The position numbers were made by a program, and so were the translations under genes. 64,000 nt of DNA from a virus (taxonomy: Duplodnaviria > Heunggongvirae > Uroviricota > Caudoviricetes): positions 19,285 through 83,284 of the IMG/VR virus record IMGVR_UViG_3300027807_000001. One strand, 5' to 3'. Within the stretch, counting starts at the first letter, position 1; each line of letters starts with the position of its first letter. Shown in pieces: positions 59,719 to 64,000 of the stretch. Below the pieces are notes generated by a model that was given only the letters and a program-made list of their open reading frames with translations, was not told the origin of the DNA and did no database searches.

Positions 59719-59916
59719 ATGTTTTGTCATAAGTGCGGGAATCAGATTCCGGAAGAGCGGCTGGAAATTTTACCGGAGACCCGGGTATGCGTTAGCTGCT
59801 CAACTGAGCCGCCTTACCGCGGCTTCGTAAGCACTACTCCTCGTCATAAGGGCACAGAACTTTCAATTACGAAAGATCCTGAAGCTGCCGCTCAAATGGA
59901 TCGATACCGAATTTAA
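59719..59916 (+). CDS. TraR/DksA-like C4 zinc-finger protein
   Basis: CHKCGNQIPEERLEILPETRVCVSC matches TraR/DksA C-terminal finger spacing. Confidence 0.5.
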   Translation: MFCHKCGNQIPEERLEILPETRVCVSCSTEPPYRGFVSTTPRHKGTELSITKDPEAAAQMDRYRI

Positions 59917-59918
59917 TT

Positions 59919-60125
59919 ATGGAAGAGTGGTATGATCCAACGCAAACTAAAAGACAGCTTCCTTGTATTTTAAATGGATGTAAGCCATGTGTCGCTAAAA
60001 TATACTGTCAGACACATGACAAGCCCGTTAAAGGTAACATCCCTTCACTACCATCTCATTGTGCCGAATGCGGGGAGTACATTTATGATATTGATAAAGA
60101 TACCAAAGGCATGTTCGAGGGCTAA
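59919..60125 (+). CDS. Cys-rich subfamily B protein (LPCILNGCKPC)
   Basis: subfamily B motif. Confidence 0.5.
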   Translation: MEEWYDPTQTKRQLPCILNGCKPCVAKIYCQTHDKPVKGNIPSLPSHCAECGEYIYDIDKDTKGMFEG

Positions 60126-60545
60126 ATGGAACTCTGCTGCTCTATAAACGGCGACAACAAGTGCGTCTTCTGTAAGAAAGCATTCTGCTCAAATCATTCT
60201 TACAGGACGAAAGATTTATATGGGGTTTCATCAGAATACTCTTGCGTGGACTGCTACGACAAAGAAGTGAGAGAGCCTTTTCTTTCCAAGCCGAGGTCAG
60301 GTATGACTTTTGCAGATTTGGTTAGAGAAGTAAGGCGCCTTGAACCTCAAGGTTATATAAGTGTATCAGTTGCTGTGGATGATTCCCGACCAGGAGCTGT
60401 GCTCCCTGTAGCAAGGTGGGCAGTGTATCATCACAGTTACGGGCATTGCACAGGGAATTCTCCAGAACAGACCCTGGCGGAATTTAAGGCAAAAAGAAGC
60501 GCGCATTCCCTCCCTGCTGCGCCGTTGACCAACGTAACCATTTAA
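60126..60545 (+). CDS. LCC-family protein (LCCSING)
   Basis: TAAATG junction; MELCCSINGDNKCVFCKKAFC. Confidence 0.55.
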   Translation: MELCCSINGDNKCVFCKKAFCSNHSYRTKDLYGVSSEYSCVDCYDKEVREPFLSKPRSGMTFADLVREVRRLEPQGYISVSVAVDDSRPGAVLPVARWAVYHHSYGHCTGNSPEQTLAEFKAKRSAHSLPAAPLTNVTI

Positions 60546-60547
60546 TT

Positions 60548-60766
60548 ATGTCTAGATCACGCTTTCTGAAGAGTGCCTCTGACCACGAGATTGGACGTAT
60601 TAAGCAGTTTACAGCTAAGGCCCGAGACGAAGAACATCTTAGACAACTACTTCTAGTGCGAGCGGCTAGATGCGGGCCTGAAAAATTGGAAAGGTTTATC
60701 GCCGCTCTAAAACAGATGGGCAGACAGGATCTTGCTGGTTTTATTGAAATGGTAATGAAGAAGTAA
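60548..60766 (+). CDS. hypothetical protein
   Basis: 72 aa. Confidence 0.45.
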   Translation: MSRSRFLKSASDHEIGRIKQFTAKARDEEHLRQLLLVRAARCGPEKLERFIAALKQMGRQDLAGFIEMVMKK

Positions 60767-60785
60767 ATAACCGAGGTGAAATAGC

Positions 60786-61220
60786 ATGGCCTGTGAAGGT
60801 GACAAAATCGCCAGTTACGATATGGGGCAGGTGTGTTATCGCTTAGAAGGATGCCCTGGGTGTGCGAAGTGCATTATCAAGTGCGATCCCCCTTGTGAGA
60901 ACTGCCCAACTTGGGAAGGAACCAAACCTCGCGATCCAGAGCCCGGCGACTACGTAACGGTAGTGCAGCCTATCATCACTACTGACTATAAGGGACCTAA
61001 GTGGTCAGCTGCAATGGATTTAGCTGTTGGAAGGCTGGCTTGGGTCAAGAATGGAGACCCGGTTAACGGGTATAAACTCAAGTTCACGACTACTTCTAAG
61101 GATATCTTAGATCAATTCGTATACCCGCCGCAGGCGCTAAAGCTTGCATTTCCCGGCGATCAGGCTATCGACAAGATGATTAAGACCGCAAAGGAAGGGT
61201 CAGTTAACGAAGAGATGTAA
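60786..61220 (+). CDS. Cys-rich hypothetical protein (CPGCAKCIIKCDPPCENC)
   Basis: 144 aa. Confidence 0.5.
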   Translation: MACEGDKIASYDMGQVCYRLEGCPGCAKCIIKCDPPCENCPTWEGTKPRDPEPGDYVTVVQPIITTDYKGPKWSAAMDLAVGRLAWVKNGDPVNGYKLKFTTTSKDILDQFVYPPQALKLAFPGDQAIDKMIKTAKEGSVNEEM

Positions 61221-61222
61221 GG

Positions 61223-61744
61223 ATGAATGCAAACTCGTTGAGACAGCAGCTGGATCTAATATCGTTACTTAGATACGGATATGACATAGGATATAAAATG
61301 AACTTACATATAGGGGATTTACTTAGAGGACCTATTGCATACCAGGGAGACTATTTACTGAAGGTAATAGACTCGCAAAACGGTTATAGTATCTCTTATG
61401 GCCAAGCTTCTACTGTAGAAATTGTCGGCCGTAATATGGGCCCTTTACCTGTGGGATATAAGTGTAATGTAACACATGATGGTACTCTTCGAGGAGCAAC
61501 TAATCAAGATTTAATAGCATTCGGTTGGGCGCCAAAAGACGAAAAGATTAACAGTTCATACAAAGGAGAAACTAAAATGAAGTTTGGCACGTGGCTTAAC
61601 GACTATGTTGAGAAGCATCGTGACGTACTGTTCACGATTGCGGTAGTTCTCGTTCTTGATCATTATGTATTCGAGGGTAAGTTTCGCCAGAAGATCGAGG
61701 ATATGGTCGAGGGCTTCTTAAAGAAGAATACGGCCGGAGCGTAA
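61223..61744 (+). CDS. hypothetical protein with C-terminal transmembrane segment
   Basis: 173 aa. Confidence 0.5.
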   Translation: MNANSLRQQLDLISLLRYGYDIGYKMNLHIGDLLRGPIAYQGDYLLKVIDSQNGYSISYGQASTVEIVGRNMGPLPVGYKCNVTHDGTLRGATNQDLIAFGWAPKDEKINSSYKGETKMKFGTWLNDYVEKHRDVLFTIAVVLVLDHYVFEGKFRQKIEDMVEGFLKKNTAGA

Positions 61745-61748
61745 CCTT

Positions 61749-61874
61749 ATGAAGGATAAGGCACTCCCTTTCTTAATAGGGTTCGCTCTTGGCCATAGGG
61801 GGAGCTCTGTGCTAGTGCACGGAGTATACCTGACTATTATAGCTCTTCTGCTTGTTGCAAGACATTGGCATTAA
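61749..61874 (+). CDS. small membrane peptide (41 aa)
   Basis: ATG 5 nt after previous stop. Confidence 0.3.
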   Translation: MKDKALPFLIGFALGHRGSSVLVHGVYLTIIALLLVARHWH

Positions 61875-62029
61875 CTTCCAACAAGCTGTGTTGTATCGTT
61901 AATCCTTATGTAGAGTGCCCTGGGTGCAGCCATGGAATATGTGAACAGTGTCTTCTCGATGGCACAGGTGTGCGCTCATTGGCGTGTGCCGTATGCAATA
62001 ATGCTCTCCGCTGGAGCAAACTTAGATGA
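61865..62029 (+). CDS. LCC-family mini-protein (LCCIVNP), non-ATG (TTG) start
   Basis: LTSNKLCCIVNPYVECPGCSHGICEQC; frame open from 61799 with no ATG. Confidence 0.4.
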   Translation: MALTSNKLCCIVNPYVECPGCSHGICEQCLLDGTGVRSLACAVCNNALRWSKLR

Positions 62030-62370
62030 AAGTAGAATCTCTAGGACGGCCTGCACACTTTTATATTCCAGCTAGTAAGTGGAATGATCCGGCCTACTCC
62101 TTTAGGAATAAGACGATTGACGTATTGATCCACGAGTTCATGATAGGAAACTATAATGGCTACACTGTAAGAGGTCCCTATAAGGGTAACTGGCGCCCAC
62201 ACAAAGGTGTTGCGCCAGTAGTGGAATCTGTTATAGAGATAAAGGTTTCTTTCAAAGGTAAAGACCGTATACCAAAACTTCAGAAGTTCTTAGCGGGTAT
62301 GTGTTCTCTAATGAAAGAAGAATGCCTTTACCTAGAAACAGGGGAGGATAGTTGGATAATTCATCCTTAG
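62026..62370 (+). CDS. hypothetical protein (114 aa)
   Basis: ATGA overlap. Confidence 0.5.
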   Translation: MKVESLGRPAHFYIPASKWNDPAYSFRNKTIDVLIHEFMIGNYNGYTVRGPYKGNWRPHKGVAPVVESVIEIKVSFKGKDRIPKLQKFLAGMCSLMKEECLYLETGEDSWIIHP

Positions 62371-62591
62371 TGCCACCTCTATGCTGTACAATCAATCCAA
62401 TAAGAAGATGTCAAATATGTCGATGGACTGTATGTAACAGCCACTGGTGGACAAATTTCTTCGCAGGAGACGATTTCGAGATCGTAAACGATCGATGGCA
62501 TGTACCTACAGTAGGTGGTCGAGATACGACCGCAGTCTGTCTTCGATGTAAAGGAGTGTCGTGGGGAACCTATGAAACAAATGACATCTAA
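62352..62591 (+). CDS. LCC-family mini-protein (LCCTINP)
   Basis: PPLCCTINPIRRCQICRWTVC. Confidence 0.55.
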   Translation: MDNSSLVPPLCCTINPIRRCQICRWTVCNSHWWTNFFAGDDFEIVNDRWHVPTVGGRDTTAVCLRCKGVSWGTYETNDI

Positions 62592-62832
62592 TTCAATGCA
62601 AGTTGAGGACGAATTTGTATCTGTTGATGGCAAAGTTAAATTACCGGGTGCCAAGGTAGGAACCTGGAAAGTTATCTCTGTCGGGCAGAGTAAGATGTAC
62701 CTGCATAGCTCTCTCAGTGTAGAGGTAGCTTCTTCTTTAGCCCTCTGGGAAGATGTTGAAGGATTTACTGATACAGTAAAGCTTACGCGAGATATAGACG
62801 GTCTAATCGTAGGCGTTGCTATAAGGAAATAA
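62572..62832 (+). CDS. hypothetical protein
   Basis: ATG preceded by GGGGAACCT; track start 62515 is earlier. Confidence 0.45.
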   Translation: MKQMTSNSMQVEDEFVSVDGKVKLPGAKVGTWKVISVGQSKMYLHSSLSVEVASSLALWEDVEGFTDTVKLTRDIDGLIVGVAIRK

Positions 62833-62833
62833 A

Positions 62834-63094
62834 ATGTCCAAGAAGACGAAGGTAATTGAATTATTTACTGGTCAAAGTTTTGAAGAGAGTGCTGTAGAGA
62901 TGTTGGCCAGATTTGAACCAGGCCCTGTCTATCTTCTCTCCGCAGAAACCCCGGAAGGAAGCGGCCTCTATATTTGTGATGAGCCTTTCACCCTCGAGGA
63001 AGCGGAAGAGCAACACATGCCCAACTTCTCTGATGAAGTAGATGATCTAGAGGATGACGACATCCCTTTTGAAGAGGAGCTGGATCTTGAGTAA
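62834..63094 (+). CDS. acidic hypothetical protein
   Basis: D/E-rich C-terminus. Confidence 0.45.
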   Translation: MSKKTKVIELFTGQSFEESAVEMLARFEPGPVYLLSAETPEGSGLYICDEPFTLEEAEEQHMPNFSDEVDDLEDDDIPFEEELDLE

Positions 63095-63644
63095 GATTTT
63101 TTCTTACAAAGGTAAAAAACTTACCCCGCTAACTCCTGCAGAGGCGGCCTCTCTAGATCGGGGAGATAAGCTAAAGTATATAGGCGACACCTTGGATACT
63201 GGGTACCTCCGCTCCGGAAGAATCGAGTGGGGTTCCTATTGGGGCAGAAAAGTAATCTCTCTCCCAGACAAGCCTTTCGTTAAATCTGATGTATTGAATG
63301 TATTGATAGTCCAATCTAACTCATATGTTCAGACGTCTATTGAGAGCAAAATAAAAAATCTTGCTCTTGTAGAAAGAGGAGACCCTTCCGCGTTTGACTT
63401 CAAGAAAGCCAAAAGATACATCCCGGTGAATTTAAAGGGGTTCAAACAAAATCTGCAAAATCAGGCGATGCGTGTCAAAGAAAATATAGATTTCTATTTA
63501 GAGGCTCTTCCTCTGCACAAGAAGCTAGAGCTTTTCAGCAAGCTAACTCCTCAAGAAATGGCCATTTACAATTTCTTGTATAAGGATATCGATGAGGTAG
63601 TAGGATTGAAAGATGTCGAAGGTATACAAAAAATCGAATCCTGA
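63054..63644 (+). CDS. hypothetical protein (true start probably TTG near 63087)
   Basis: 196 aa ORF. Confidence 0.45.
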   Translation: MTTSLLKRSWILSKIFSYKGKKLTPLTPAEAASLDRGDKLKYIGDTLDTGYLRSGRIEWGSYWGRKVISLPDKPFVKSDVLNVLIVQSNSYVQTSIESKIKNLALVERGDPSAFDFKKAKRYIPVNLKGFKQNLQNQAMRVKENIDFYLEALPLHKKLELFSKLTPQEMAIYNFLYKDIDEVVGLKDVEGIQKIES

Positions 63645-63906
63645 CCTAGAACCTTCCTCAGAAGATATAGAGACTGCAGTGAATACTGCTAGAGTCTTTG
63701 GCCGCGGAAGAGCATTGTATCTTGAATTTAATTACGCCGGACGATTCCATAACTTTCAAATATCTAAAAGACAGATTCTATGGGCAGGAAGTCATGGATA
63801 CAAAGCGCGCATGCTGGCCGTCTGCGTGTGGGAGCACATACTCCAGTATCCAAACAGTTTTCTTCCGCCGGAATTGATATTAGTGGTACTCATGGGTAAC
63901 GACTGA
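63613..63906 (+). CDS. hypothetical protein
   Basis: 97 aa. Confidence 0.45.
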   Translation: MSKVYKKSNPDLEPSSEDIETAVNTARVFGRGRALYLEFNYAGRFHNFQISKRQILWAGSHGYKARMLAVCVWEHILQYPNSFLPPELILVVLMGND

Positions 63907-64000
63907 TGCACAAGAAGCATTCATTTACTAGAAAAGAGATAGCTCTTTTACTAGATCTAATTACGTTAACCACAAAACAAATAGACCCGGATACAATGAG
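63906..64000 (+). CDS. hypothetical protein, 5' fragment cut by window end
   Basis: ATGA overlap; open to the window end. Confidence 0.3.
   Translation, partial: MHKKHSFTRKEIALLLDLITLTTKQIDPDTM

Overview
This window is a densely coded, almost entirely plus-strand stretch of what looks like a large tailed-phage or other prokaryotic-virus genome. Genes carry Shine-Dalgarno sites, many starts and stops overlap as ATGA or TAATG, and composition is mosaic: GC-rich blocks at about 3.7-12.2 kb and 15.1-16.9 kb sit in an otherwise AT-rich background. Recognisable content: a phage-encoded tmRNA (623-992); four tRNA genes (Met/Ile-CAT, Val-TAC, Arg-TCT, Leu-TAA); a tRNA repair set (CCA-adding enzyme with HD domain, RNA ligase, polynucleotide kinase/phosphatase, and a ferritin-like di-iron protein); a BCS1-like AAA+ ATPase followed by ClpS-like and calcineurin-like phosphoesterase genes; an SPFH/band-7 protein; a MoxR-type AAA+ ATPase with two paralogous HExxH-plus-vWA partner proteins; an HNH homing endonuclease; and a thioredoxin-like gene broken by a frameshift in a G5C5 run. 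The most striking feature is an expansion of about 50 small cysteine-rich proteins that share the N-terminal motif LCC-x-[IV]-N-P-x3-C-x2-C-x3-[WC]-C. They lie in tandem, translationally coupled arrays between about 20 and 63 kb, with a second related subfamily (L-x-C-L-[IV]-[NK]-G-H) of about 11 members. Two recurrent non-coding motif families are also present: a promoter-like CCTCACAAAAAG-N15-17-TAAGTA(A/T)AATAT element (10 copies, one degenerate, heading the plus-strand gene blocks) and a bipartite hairpin element GTTAGTCACGG...CCGTGCACAATT (7 copies in 5' leaders). Two homopolymeric G tracts (G10 and G8) sit in reading frames, and four divergent paralogs of a winged-helix-like protein with different GC content lie in the GC-rich block. 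All calls come from reading the sequence directly. No database searches were run, and start codons are often uncertain where the ORF track used TTG or GTG as the most upstream start.
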